A stretch of DNA of 64,000 nt, from the NCBI GenBank assembly GCA_041391365.1, contig JAWKOC010000004.1, forward strand, positions 82,804-146,803. The letters are read 5' to 3'. Below the pieces are notes generated by a model. It made no database searches. It was not told the origin of the DNA and worked only from the letters and a program-made list of their open reading frames with translations. Position 1 is the stretch's first letter. Each line of letters opens with the position of its first letter. The DNA is from Bdellovibrionota bacterium. Its GTDB lineage: Bacteria; Bdellovibrionota_G; JALEGL01; JAGRMV01. Of this stretch, positions 17,997 through 27,883 are shown piece by piece. The position numbers were made by a program, and so were the translations under genes.

Positions 17997-18001
17997 GTTT
18001 T

Positions 18002-18361
18002 TTACTTCCTGTACAAGGTGTAACGATTTTTCTCAGAATTGTAGATCCATTTGTGATCTTCTACATCTTCGAGCTCCGATAGTCGATAAGGATATCGATT
18101 GTTTTGAATTTGATACACATAGATTTTTTTCTCCAATTCTTCTCTCTCTTTTTGCTGATTGAATGATCCGAATCCGTAGCGATCAATCCGGATTTTGTTT
18201 CCTTCGGGATTCATCAGTCCATGGTTGAAATTAACATGAGAAGGGAGTCGATAACTCAAAATGGGTGTGATGAAAGCCAAAAAGAAATACACCAGAAAAT
18301 AGGGGAAATTTTTCAAAACCCATCGGAAAAAACCAGACATGTGGTCATGATTGTTGCTCAT
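18002..18361 (-). CDS. Hypothetical small membrane protein
   Basis: The internal ATG at 18361 (MSNNHDHMSGFFRWVLKNFPYFLVYFFLAFITPIL) overlaps the stop of the upstream gene by ATGA. It has one TM helix. Confidence 0.55.
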   Translation of the reverse strand: MSNNHDHMSGFFRWVLKNFPYFLVYFFLAFITPILSYRLPSHVNFNHGLMNPEGNKIRIDRYGFGSFNQQKEREELEKKIYVYQIQNNRYPYRLSELEDVEDHKWIYNSEKNRYTLYRK

Positions 18362-20130
18362 GAGGGTTTCCTTTTTTTGTATCGAAGGTTTGCAATGTGA
18401 GATGCGTACGTAAGAGTGAGTAGGAATAGAAAAATGATGAAGAAGGGGAAGTGGTATCCTTCCCAACAATATTTGTATGAAATGACACAAGCCACAACAC
18501 TGAACAAAATCGAAAACAAATTCCAAAAGCTTTTGGAGAGTTCACCCGTAAGAAACAAATACACCCCCGGCATGACCGACAAAAAAAATCGTTTCCAGGG
18601 ATTGTGAATTTCAGGAAGAAGGCCTCTTCTTTGTTGGACCAAGGTTTTGGAATTGGTCTCTCGGATCATGGAAAGTTTTTCTCGATACACCAAAAACAAA
18701 GGCTGGAGGGAAATGAATTTTCGGAACATGATGCAAATGAGCATGGTCAAGCACAAGCAAATGCAGTAGCTGGTGAATGAGAAAAAAGTAAAATAGTGTC
18801 GAAAAATAGATTGAAAAGATTGTAGTGTTTGCGGATTGATCGTGATCACACGCTGCGCGTAGTCTGATGGTTCGATGTTTGAATCGATCAGGATTTCATG
18901 TTGAGTCAATCGAGTTTTGATTTGGTTGTACTTTCTTCCGTCAATTTTTCGCATTTTATCTTCATGCATTTGTCGTTTTTCAATATCGCCCACTCGTGAC
19001 GATAAAATGCTGGCATTGGCATGAATCAAGAAATTGTTCGGAAATCGATCCAGCAATTTTTCATAGTTTTCACGCGTGATTGAAATGTCTTCCTCTGGGA
19101 AATTCAAGTTGGCCAAGTTGATCCAGGGTTTTGGCCAAGCCGGGGCAAGACGAGTGGCCTTGTTCAGATGAATTTCGGCTTCTTCATTTTGATGGATGGA
19201 TTTTTCCAAGGTTCCCAATGCAAACAGAGCTTCTGGATCTTCAGGGTTTTCGGACAAGGCTTGTTTGAGGTTCTCCATGTTTTGCGCGATTCGAAAGCCG
19301 CTATGAATTTCATTGAATACGATGCCCAGATTTTCACGCGCCTGTTTTTCCATCGCCAAAGGAAAAAATAACATCGAAACGAAAATGGAAAACCCAATGG
19401 TGGAAACCGTCAAAAGGTGTTTCTCATCTACTTTGGTAAATCTCCACAAAAAAGGTGTAAAAGCTAAAATCACGCCTGCAGGGCCCATCACCATATAAAT
19501 CAATCCAAACACCATTACCAAAATCAGGAGAAAATTGATCGGCGTCAAAGCTTTGAAACTGGAGGAATAATACTGAACAATAAAATCGCCATACTTGGTG
19601 AGGAATAAGATCAGAACAATCAAGAGGGAGAAACAAGACGCATAAAAACAACACTGTGCAAAGCAAACAAACAAATTCAATCGAGAAAAAGGATTGGACC
19701 ATTCTTTGATGAGTCCTTTGTAACATGCTCCCAGCATGATTTTCCACTCGTCAAAATTCGAAGAGAATCGGCACAAATGATACTCCGGCAGGGGACTGTC
19801 TTTGGAAAGTTCTACCGCCATTCGATAGCGAACATCCAGGAGGCTTTCTGAAATGGGCATGGCTCCGAGTTCATCCAAGAGAAGCTCGGTCAAGATGGAC
19901 AGATTCTGAATGTTGTATTTTTGCTGCAAGATTAGAATTTGATCGAGCTGCTTTTCTCCTTTTTGTCCAGGAACCATGATGACTTTTGATCGTACCCTCC
20001 AAAGGTTTCGGATTTCTTGATCGATCTGTTCCCATGAATTTTGCTCTGCATGCACAGGTCCGATTTGACCCAAAATCTGGATCAGAACGAGCAGGGTCAT
20101 GCCGACCCATGGAGTGCATCGGAAGGACAA
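18358..20130 (-). CDS. Hypothetical polytopic membrane protein with a TPR-like soluble segment
   Basis: 590-aa ORF with a signal/anchor MTLLVLIQILGQIGPVHA and several hydrophobic helices. A TPR-like stretch (DPEALFALGTLEKSIHQNEEAEIHLNKATRLAPAWPKPWINLANLN) is present. Confidence 0.6.
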   Translation of the reverse strand: MSFRCTPWVGMTLLVLIQILGQIGPVHAEQNSWEQIDQEIRNLWRVRSKVIMVPGQKGEKQLDQILILQQKYNIQNLSILTELLLDELGAMPISESLLDVRYRMAVELSKDSPLPEYHLCRFSSNFDEWKIMLGACYKGLIKEWSNPFSRLNLFVCFAQCCFYASCFSLLIVLILFLTKYGDFIVQYYSSSFKALTPINFLLILVMVFGLIYMVMGPAGVILAFTPFLWRFTKVDEKHLLTVSTIGFSIFVSMLFFPLAMEKQARENLGIVFNEIHSGFRIAQNMENLKQALSENPEDPEALFALGTLEKSIHQNEEAEIHLNKATRLAPAWPKPWINLANLNFPEEDISITRENYEKLLDRFPNNFLIHANASILSSRVGDIEKRQMHEDKMRKIDGRKYNQIKTRLTQHEILIDSNIEPSDYAQRVITINPQTLQSFQSIFRHYFTFFSFTSYCICLCLTMLICIMFRKFISLQPLFLVYREKLSMIRETNSKTLVQQRRGLLPEIHNPWKRFFLSVMPGVYLFLTGELSKSFWNLFSILFSVVACVISYKYCWEGYHFPFFIIFLFLLTLTYASHIANLRYKKRKPS

Positions 20131-20315
20131 AAGGCCAAAGAACTTGGCGGATTTCTTTTTCTCTATAGATTTGATAAGTATCGTCTACCTTAAGCGTTTT
20201 GCTTTCACAGCTTGAATAGGTTCGAGTTCAATTATAGCAAAATGCCAATGAAGCCGAATAGGAAAAAGTGTTTGATTTTACATGGTTTTAACTTGTTGCG
20301 TTGTAAGGTGTGTGC

Positions 20316-22055
20316 ATGAAATACAGTCAGTTGTTTTGTCCAACATTGAAAGAAGATCCAGCATCCGTTGAGGTTGCGAGCCATAGGCTGCTCTTGCGAG
20401 CTGGAATGATTCGCCAGGTTGCGGCAGGAATCTACGATGTGCTTCCGGTGGGGCTGCGTGTGATTCGAAAAATCGAAACCATCGTTCGACAAGAGATGAA
20501 TCGTGCCGGCGCGCAGGAAATTCTCATGCCGATGGTGCAGCCTGCAGAACTGTGGAAAGAGACCGGTCGTTGGGAAGGCAATGGAAAAGAGCTGCTTCGT
20601 TTCAAAGATCGCAATGAGAGAGATTTTTGTTTGGGTCCCACGCACGAAGAAGTTGTTACCGATTTGGTTCGTCGGGAAATTCGTTCTTATAAGCAACTTC
20701 CTGTGAATCTCTATCAAATTCAGACAAAGTTTCGGGATGAAATTCGTCCCCGATTTGGATTGATGCGGGGCCGAGAGTTCAGCATGAAAGACGCGTACAG
20801 TTTTGACGTCTCGCTGGAGGGCATGCAGGAAAGTTATCGGAAAATGAAAGTTGCCTATGAAAATATTTTCCGCCGATGTGGTCTACAATTTCGGAGCGTT
20901 CAAGCAGATTCAGGAAACATTGGGGGCAGCCAATCCGAAGAGTTCATGGTGTTGGCACAATCAGGAGAAGACGAAGTTGCTCATTGTCCCAACTGCGGAT
21001 ATGCCGCCAATACAGAAAAAGCGCAGAGCTCCATCGATTTTTCTACGCTGACCAAAGAAGTTTTTGTGCAGAAGGAGAAAAAAGAAACTCCGAACCAAAA
21101 GACCATCGAACAGGTGGCGTCCTTTTTGGGGATCGATCCAGATCAAACTCTCAAGGTTCTCTTGTATCATACGGAAAAAGGCATCGCCGCAGCGGTGCTT
21201 CCAGGAAATCGGGAGTTGAGCGAAATTCAATTTCAACGAGCCTTGGGCGTTTCAGAGTTTCGACCCTTGGCACCCGCTGAACTCAAGGGCCAAGGCGGTG
21301 TTGAGTTCGGCTCCATCGGTCCCATCGACCTGAAAAAAGCCATTCCGGGAGTGACCCAGGTTCTTTTCGATACGTTGATTCACAAAGGTCGAGCCTATTG
21401 TGTGGGAGCCAACGAAAATGGATTCCATTGGGTGGGTGCGGTTGCAGGAAAAGATTTTCTTGCAAATGATGAACCGTACAATCTTCACAAGGTAGCGCAA
21501 GGGGATCGATGTATGCAATGTGATGGGGGGATGCTTGAAGTCGAACGCGGGATCGAGGTCGGCCATATTTTTGCCTTGGGCACAAAATACAGCAAAGCCA
21601 TGAACTGCGTGTTCACGGATGAAAACGGCAAAGAAAAGCCCATGGAAATGGGATGCTATGGCGTGGGCGTGAGTCGAACGGCTCAAGCTGCGGTGGAGCA
21701 AAATTTTGATGACAAAGGAATTGTTTTTCCTCCGGCCATTGCTCCTTTTGAGGTCGTGATTGATGTGGTGAAGTGGAAAGACGAAACACTTCAAAAACAC
21801 GCCGTTGAACTGTATCAAACCTTGCTAGATCATGGCTTTGACGTACTATTGGATGATCGGGATGTGTCGATTGGAGTTAAACTCAAAGACGCTGAACTTC
21901 TCGGAATTCCGGCTCGCATTTTGGTGGGACACAAAGGAATTGAACAACAGCAATTGGAAGTGAAAATGCGTTGGGCGGCAGATCAGCATTGGATAAGCCC
22001 TTCAGAGCTTGTATCGTGGCTCAAAGAAAATTTGGAAAAAGGCATTGATGCCTAA
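20316..22055 (+). CDS. proS: Prolyl-tRNA synthetase (bacterial type with editing insertion)
   Basis: MKYSQLFCPTLKEDPA...RAGMIRQVAAGIY...FRDEIRPRFGLMRGREFSMKDAYSF...GCYGVGVSR. The track ORF starts 6 nt earlier, at the GTG at 20310. Confidence 0.95.
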   Translation: MKYSQLFCPTLKEDPASVEVASHRLLLRAGMIRQVAAGIYDVLPVGLRVIRKIETIVRQEMNRAGAQEILMPMVQPAELWKETGRWEGNGKELLRFKDRNERDFCLGPTHEEVVTDLVRREIRSYKQLPVNLYQIQTKFRDEIRPRFGLMRGREFSMKDAYSFDVSLEGMQESYRKMKVAYENIFRRCGLQFRSVQADSGNIGGSQSEEFMVLAQSGEDEVAHCPNCGYAANTEKAQSSIDFSTLTKEVFVQKEKKETPNQKTIEQVASFLGIDPDQTLKVLLYHTEKGIAAAVLPGNRELSEIQFQRALGVSEFRPLAPAELKGQGGVEFGSIGPIDLKKAIPGVTQVLFDTLIHKGRAYCVGANENGFHWVGAVAGKDFLANDEPYNLHKVAQGDRCMQCDGGMLEVERGIEVGHIFALGTKYSKAMNCVFTDENGKEKPMEMGCYGVGVSRTAQAAVEQNFDDKGIVFPPAIAPFEVVIDVVKWKDETLQKHAVELYQTLLDHGFDVLLDDRDVSIGVKLKDAELLGIPARILVGHKGIEQQQLEVKMRWAADQHWISPSELVSWLKENLEKGIDA

Positions 22056-22075
22056 CCTCAAGTAGGAATTTTGCA

Positions 22076-23527
22076 ATGACAACAAAAAACTCACCTGACA
22101 TCAACAATCAAATCGACGTTACTCTCAAACGCTATGCCAGCCCGGAGATGCTCAAAATCTTTTCTCCTACGCGTAGGATCACACTGTGGAGAGAACTTTG
22201 GATTGCACTTGCAGAAGCTCAGCAAGAACTTGGACTGCCCATCAAAAAATCTCAGATCGAAGAGATGAAAAAAAACAAAAAGAAAATCGATTGGAAATTG
22301 GCCGAAGAAAAAGAAGAAAAGTTTCGTCATGATGTGATGGCTCATGTCCATACCTTCGGTCATGAATGTCCAAAAGCTGCCGGCATCATCCATTTGGGCT
22401 CCACCAGCGCCTATGTAACTGACAACGCCGATTTGGTGTTGATGAAGGAAGGACTTGCATTGATCGCAGGAAAATTGGCCAGTGCCATCGATCGACTGTC
22501 AACCTTTGCCAAAGAAAAAAGAGCAACGCCCACCTTGGCGTTTACACATTTTCAAACCGCGCAGCCCACGACCGTGGGAAAACGAGCCTGTTTGTGGATT
22601 CAGAATTTTTTGATGGATTTGTCGCAAGTCGAATTTGAGATTCAGGAAATGAGGTTTTTGGGGGCCAAAGGAGCCACAGGGACCCAGGATAGCTTTTTGA
22701 AACTTTTTGAAGGCGACAAAGACAAAGTAAAAAAACTCGACCAAAAAGTGACAGAAAAAATGGGCTTTTCCAAAAAATTCTTGGCCACTGGACAAACCTA
22801 TCCACGAAAAGTTGATTCACGCGTGTTGGCCTCGTTGGCCTCGATCTGCGAATCTGCCTCGAAGTTCGCCAATGACTTGCGTTTGGTGCAGGCGCTTCAC
22901 GAAGTGGAGGACCCTCAGGAAAGCGCACAGATTGGATCCTCTGCCATGCCCTACAAGCAAAATCCCATGCGCAGTGAGAGAATTTGTTCGCTCTCTCGCT
23001 ATGTGATGAATTTGGTGAGCAACTGCCGGGAAACTGCATCCACACAATGGTTTGAACGAACCTTGGACGATTCGGCCAATCGACGATTGGCCATTCCTCA
23101 AGCTTTTTTGATCACCGATGCGGTGCTCGATCTGGTGGTGAACGTATCTTCAGGAATGAAAGTGCATGAAGAAGTCATCAACCAAAATCTTGATCGAGAG
23201 CTTCCATTTTTGCAAACCGAAGAAGTTCTCATGGCTGCAGTCAAAGAAGGCGGCGATCGACAGGAGCTTCACGAAAAAATTCGTGAGCATTCCCGAGAGT
23301 CTGTGAGAATGATTCGTGAGAAAGGTCAGGCCAACGATTTGCTCACTCGCCTTCGCAGTGATGAGGCTTTTGCCAAGGTTCCACCTCGTTTGTTGATCAA
23401 GACCGATGCAGGACGATTGACGGGGATGGCGGCGGATCAAGTGGATGATTTTCTCAAAGAAAGTCTTCCCGCCATTCGTCGAAAGTACAAAAGCTTTTTA
23501 ACACTGAAACCCAAAATCAGGGTGTAA
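22076..23527 (+). CDS. purB: Adenylosuccinate lyase
   Basis: 483-aa ORF with RYASPEM, HDVMAHV and the fumarate-lyase signature GSSAMPYKQNP. Confidence 0.9.
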   Translation: MTTKNSPDINNQIDVTLKRYASPEMLKIFSPTRRITLWRELWIALAEAQQELGLPIKKSQIEEMKKNKKKIDWKLAEEKEEKFRHDVMAHVHTFGHECPKAAGIIHLGSTSAYVTDNADLVLMKEGLALIAGKLASAIDRLSTFAKEKRATPTLAFTHFQTAQPTTVGKRACLWIQNFLMDLSQVEFEIQEMRFLGAKGATGTQDSFLKLFEGDKDKVKKLDQKVTEKMGFSKKFLATGQTYPRKVDSRVLASLASICESASKFANDLRLVQALHEVEDPQESAQIGSSAMPYKQNPMRSERICSLSRYVMNLVSNCRETASTQWFERTLDDSANRRLAIPQAFLITDAVLDLVVNVSSGMKVHEEVINQNLDRELPFLQTEEVLMAAVKEGGDRQELHEKIREHSRESVRMIREKGQANDLLTRLRSDEAFAKVPPRLLIKTDAGRLTGMAADQVDDFLKESLPAIRRKYKSFLTLKPKIRV

Positions 23528-24662
23528 GGTCACCAAGCCAGTCTTGAAAGGGAAGGATGTCGATATCTTCTATCTTCTGCTTCTCCTTGCCGAGATAGAT
23601 GATTTTTTTTTCTTTGACGGGATGGAGATTAGAAAAAGCTTTGAGTCCATTTAAGTCTTTTTTGAAAATTTTGTCTTTGGCTTTTACTTCAATAGCGATC
23701 AGATCTTTATCTTTTTCCAATATGAAATCTACTTCTTGCTGTTTAGAACTGTGAGATTTCCAGTAATAGATCGAATCAAAGAACATGGGGCGATACTCTT
23801 TCCAGGCGCAGAGAATGTGATAGATCAGGCCTTCGAAGAGAGGACCCTTTTCGCTATCTGAGATTTTCAAATGTTGTCTCTTTTGAATTCCACGAACCAA
23901 TCCAGAATCAACGAAATAGAATTTTGGTTTTTGTACAGAGCGAACCTTATTTTTTGATGAAAAAGGATATAGCTCTGTGGCGATCAATGTATCTTTGAGA
24001 ATTTCAAAGTAGCCACTGGCAGTAGGCCTTTTTACTTCGGCTTCTCTTGCAATATTACTCAAGTTGATCGTTTGCGCGTGGAAGCGAGCGGCAATATGTA
24101 AAAATCGAGAGAAGCCACCTATGTTTCTTGCCAATGCCTCTGCTTCGATTTCTTCTGTGAGATATTTTTCTACATAGGCTTGCAGTCTCATGACTGGATC
24201 GGCATCAAAGTAAACCAAAGGTAATAGCCCGTATTCAAGAGCCCTATCAAAATTGAAATTTTCTCCAAGCTCTTGAGGTAAGAATGGAAACATTTTTTTG
24301 GAATAAGCTCGGCCACCCAATAAATTGATTCCTTCTCTTCTCAATTTTCTTGCGCTGGAACCGAGTAACACAAATCGAAGTTTTTTGTCTTCAATCAACA
24401 TATGGACATAATTGAGAAGACTGGGAATGCGCTGAATTTCATCTACTACGACCCAGGACCCTGAATCCAATGCAGAAATCTCTTGAAAAAATCTTTCGGG
24501 CGAAGCGCTATATTCCAAATATTTTTGTTGATCCAGTAGATTGATCCAGTGTGCTTTGTTGTGAAATTGATGTTTGAGTAAGAAGCTTTTCCCCGAGCCT
24601 CGTGCGCCAAACAGGAAAAACGAATCATTTGGGAAGGAAAATAGTCGAGTAATTTTACTCAT
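23517..24662 (-). CDS. AAA-family ATPase of the AAA_14/DUF4143 type
   Basis: 381-aa ORF with the Walker A motif FGARGSGKSFLL and the Walker B motif WVVVDEIQRIP. The C-terminal half resembles DUF4143 proteins. It is AT-rich relative to its neighbours and overlaps the purB 3' end by 11 nt (convergent). Confidence 0.75.
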   Translation of the reverse strand: MSKITRLFSFPNDSFFLFGARGSGKSFLLKHQFHNKAHWINLLDQQKYLEYSASPERFFQEISALDSGSWVVVDEIQRIPSLLNYVHMLIEDKKLRFVLLGSSARKLRREGINLLGGRAYSKKMFPFLPQELGENFNFDRALEYGLLPLVYFDADPVMRLQAYVEKYLTEEIEAEALARNIGGFSRFLHIAARFHAQTINLSNIAREAEVKRPTASGYFEILKDTLIATELYPFSSKNKVRSVQKPKFYFVDSGLVRGIQKRQHLKISDSEKGPLFEGLIYHILCAWKEYRPMFFDSIYYWKSHSSKQQEVDFILEKDKDLIAIEVKAKDKIFKKDLNGLKAFSNLHPVKEKKIIYLGKEKQKIEDIDILPFQDWLGDLTP

Positions 24663-24671
24663 TCTACTATT

Positions 24672-24722
24672 TTGACCCCTATGGCATAAAATTTCAATGA
24701 AATTTTATGCCATAGGGGTCAA
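24672..24722. promoter_or_regulatory. Perfect 23-bp inverted repeat (5-nt centre) between eno and the DUF4143 ATPase gene
   Basis: TTGACCCCTATGGCATAAAATTT-CAATG-AAATTTTATGCCATAGGGGTCAA. It ends 9 nt upstream of the ATPase ATG (24662) and about 48 nt downstream of the eno stop. No U-tract follows it on the minus strand. Confidence 0.8.
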
Positions 24723-24770
24723 TTCTTCAAGAGCTCTAATTTTTGCATTTTTCTACAGTACCCACAGGGA

Positions 24771-26051
24771 TCAGCTTGCTGTAAATAGACCTCGAGCCAA
24801 TCCGCAGGAGGGGATTTTTTCTTCGATCCGAAGCAGCTGATTGTATTTGGCCACGCGATCAGAACGGGACAACGAGCCGGTCTTGATTTGACCTGACGCA
24901 GTTCCTACACTCAAATCTGCGATGAAGGTGTCTTCGGTTTCTCCAGAACGATGAGAGATGATCACTCCATAATCCGCTTGTTTGGCCATATTGATGGCTT
25001 CCAAGGTTTCTGTGACGGTGCCGATCTGGTTGAGTTTGATCAAAATAGCATTGGCCACATGTTTTTCAATGCCTTGAGAAAAAATGGTTGGGTTGGTCAC
25101 AAAAATATCGTCTCCGACGAGCTGCACATCTTTTCCGAGAGCCGCAGTGAGATCTGCCCATCCACTCCAGTCATTTTCTGCCAGAGGATCTTCGATCGAC
25201 ACAATTGGGTAGGTTTGACAAAGTTTTTGATACCATTTGATCATCCCTTGGGCATCGAAATCAAAAGCCTTGGATTTTTTGGATTGGTATCGTCCATTGG
25301 CATAAAACTCTGAGGATGCGACGTCCAACGCCAAGCTGACTTGGTCGGCGGTCTTGTATCCCGCTTTTTCAATCGAGAACAACAAGAGATCCAAGCACTG
25401 CTCGACTTCTTGAAGTTCGGGAGCGAAGCCACCCTCATCCCCCACATTTGTGGACAGGTTCATTCCGCTGAGTTGTTTTTTGAGTTGATGGAAAATTTCG
25501 GCACCCGCTTGAAGAGCTTTGGAAAAATGATCGAATCCATGCGGAACAATCATGAATTCTTGAAAATCCAATCCGTTGCTGGCGTGGGCTCCCCCGTTGA
25601 TCACGTTCATCAAGGGTACGGGCAGCGAATAGTGATCCTGCGTCGAAAAAGTTTCGAACAGGTCTCTTTTGGTGGCGTTGGCAAAAGCTTTGGCATAGGC
25701 CATGGATACCCCCAAGATGGCATTGGCCCCAAGCTTCGATTTGTTTTCGGTACCGTCCAGTTCCATCATGAAGTGATCGAGAGAGGTTTGATCCAGGTCC
25801 TTTTTTTTCAACAGTGTCGGAGCAATCACATTGCGAATGTTTTCGATGGCGCCGTACACGCTTTTTCCACAGTAGACGCTTGGATTTTGGTCTCTGAGTT
25901 CCAAGGCTTCGCGCTGCCCAGTGGAAGCGCCCGACGGAACCGCAGCTCGGCCTATGCTTCCATTTTCCAGTATAAGATCCACTTCTACGGTGGGATTTCC
26001 ACGAGAGTCCAAAATGCTTCGGGCCTGAATGTTGGTGATGTTCATGGTCAT
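24771..26051 (-). CDS. eno: Enolase
   Basis: 426-aa ORF with ARSILDSRGNPTVEV and IISHRSGETEDTFIADL. Confidence 0.95.
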   Translation of the reverse strand: MTMNITNIQARSILDSRGNPTVEVDLILENGSIGRAAVPSGASTGQREALELRDQNPSVYCGKSVYGAIENIRNVIAPTLLKKKDLDQTSLDHFMMELDGTENKSKLGANAILGVSMAYAKAFANATKRDLFETFSTQDHYSLPVPLMNVINGGAHASNGLDFQEFMIVPHGFDHFSKALQAGAEIFHQLKKQLSGMNLSTNVGDEGGFAPELQEVEQCLDLLLFSIEKAGYKTADQVSLALDVASSEFYANGRYQSKKSKAFDFDAQGMIKWYQKLCQTYPIVSIEDPLAENDWSGWADLTAALGKDVQLVGDDIFVTNPTIFSQGIEKHVANAILIKLNQIGTVTETLEAINMAKQADYGVIISHRSGETEDTFIADLSVGTASGQIKTGSLSRSDRVAKYNQLLRIEEKIPSCGLARGLFTAS

Positions 26052-26704
26052 TCTCCAATTTGCAGATAGTGGGTACCTGTTTCCACTTCTTTGATTTTTC
26101 GAACCAAGAGATCCACATTCATGGGATTTTCAATGAAGTGGTCGTCGGTTGTGCTGAGCACAATCACGGGGCATTGGTTGTAGTGCTGAAAAAAAGTTTG
26201 ATATGCCTGCACGACATTTTGCAAATATTGTCGATCGACCAAGACCGATAGCTTTTCATCTTTTTTTTCCAAAGACTTGATCAAACGGTCCACATCTTTT
26301 TGCAAATAGATCACCAAATCAGGGGGAGGCACACTGACATTGAGCATGCTGTAGACCTTTTCATACAGCGCAAACTCAGCAGCTTCCAGTGTGAGGGAGG
26401 CAAATAGTCTGTCTTTTTGAAAGAGATAGTCGCTGAGCACCATGGGCGTGAATAGCTCGGATTGTGCAATTTCTTTCTGTTGTTGAAAACGAGAGAGCAA
26501 AAAAAACAACTGAACTTGGAAAGCGTACTGTTCCATGTTTTGGTAAAAAGAGTCCAAAAAGGGATTTTGAGTGTCCAAACAGGTCTTGGCGCCAAAAACG
26601 GGCTGCAAGGCTTCCACAACTTCGGTTTTCCCTGCTCCAAATGGACCTTCTACGCATATCAACTTCTTTTTCACGTCGAGCCACGATGTATCACCCCCAT
26701 CCAA
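26048..26704 (-). CDS. Deoxynucleoside kinase family protein
   Basis: 218-aa ORF with the P-loop ICVEGPFGAGKT, followed by motifs typical of dNK/dCK-type kinases (LSDYLFQKD, DLVIYL). It overlaps the eno start by 4 nt. Confidence 0.75.
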   Translation of the reverse strand: MDGGDTSWLDVKKKLICVEGPFGAGKTEVVEALQPVFGAKTCLDTQNPFLDSFYQNMEQYAFQVQLFFLLSRFQQQKEIAQSELFTPMVLSDYLFQKDRLFASLTLEAAEFALYEKVYSMLNVSVPPPDLVIYLQKDVDRLIKSLEKKDEKLSVLVDRQYLQNVVQAYQTFFQHYNQCPVIVLSTTDDHFIENPMNVDLLVRKIKEVETGTHYLQIGE

Positions 26705-26764
26705 AATCGTCTACAAACCATGGAGAAAACAACCTCACGGATGCCGGGCACTCATGGGGTTTTT

Positions 26765-27256
26765 TTACGGGAGATAAAGATTGGGATCTGCTTGGAAGTG
26801 CAGTTTGAACGTAAGCTCCTGAGATTTTTTTGTGGTAAATTCGGTGATGTCGTTCTGAGAACACTGGCGTCCATCAAATTTGAACAAATTTGGAATGCCA
26901 TTGGAATCGGTCCCAAACAGAGCCGCAGAAAGTTTGGACGAGAAGCTTGTGCACTTTACGTAGCGTGCAATTCCAGCAGAGATCAGATGAAGACCGTCGG
27001 TTTTGAGACCCGGGATGTTGAGGTCCAGGTTGGGATTGACTGCGGGTTTCCATGTATAATTTTTGCTCAAGCTGGGAGATCCAGGAAAATGTTCTGTGGT
27101 TTTGATTTTCACATGGTCATCGTCGCATTTGGAGCTTTGATTCAGATGCTTGCTTCCATCTTCGTGTCCGATCAGCTTGAACTGGCCTTCTTCGAATTGG
27201 ATCAAATCCAAGCGGTTGGCACAGGCTTCAAACAACTTCCATTTCAAATTCTTCAT
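26765..27256 (-). CDS. Hypothetical protein
   Basis: 163-aa ORF whose ATG overlaps the stop of the upstream FN3 lipoprotein gene (ATGA). No recognisable domain. Confidence 0.5.
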   Translation of the reverse strand: MKNLKWKLFEACANRLDLIQFEEGQFKLIGHEDGSKHLNQSSKCDDDHVKIKTTEHFPGSPSLSKNYTWKPAVNPNLDLNIPGLKTDGLHLISAGIARYVKCTSFSSKLSAALFGTDSNGIPNLFKFDGRQCSQNDITEFTTKKSQELTFKLHFQADPNLYLP

Positions 27257-27696
27257 AGGTCGCAGGCGAATTTTGAGGCATCCCCTGAAGGGGTCAGTGT
27301 CAGATCACTCTCTTCTCCATCCAAACCGATGGCTTGAACGGCAAAATAATAAGAGGTTCCATTGACCAAGCCTTTGACGCTGATGGAGTTGGCTTTGGTG
27401 ACAAAGGAAACGGCAACACGCCCTCCCACTCCTGCTGCAAAACTGGTGTCACCAAAATACAATCGATATTCTTTGGCGGCGGCAGGAATCAAAGTGAATC
27501 AGGTACTTCCGTCCATGGCGGTTGAAAATCCTGTAGGTGTGGACAAAGGAGCCATCTCCACAGGACCGCTACCCTGACGACCTTCCACCTGATTTTCACC
27601 GCAGCCTTGCAGCAGGGCCATCAACAAAAAAATGGCCAAGGTGTGGAACATGAGTCGATAGGTTCGATTTTCGTAGTGTTTGACGATTGCATTCAT
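27253..27696 (-). pseudogene. Lipoprotein with fibronectin type III-like domain, interrupted by a single in-frame TGA (27499..27501)
   Basis: Track ORFs 27499..27774 and 27253..27492 are in the same frame. The first carries the lipobox LLMALLQGC. The second is FN3-like (EYRLYFGD...VKGLVNGTSYYFAVQAIGLDGEES). They are separated only by TGA-TTC-ACT. The likely start is an ATG at 27696 or 27651. Confidence 0.65.
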
Positions 27697-27883
27697 CTTG
27701 ATAAAGATAAAAGCAAAACCCATGCCAAGAAAATCTCCATCAAAATAGGCACTTGAACCTGTTTTGGCGCTCAATTTTTGCTCATGAAGGAGGCAACTGG
27801 GGCCTCGGGGGCTGGCATCCTCAAGGGGTCGATCTTTTTCACATTTTATGTCATCCTAAGAAAGTAGAGGATGGTGGTTTTTT

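Noticed and set aside
27499-27501. The in-frame TGA as evidence for genome-wide TGA reassignment
   Set aside because: TGA closes several well-defined genes at the expected protein ends (panB at 1442, hipB, hipS, oppD, tsaD). The standard code applies.
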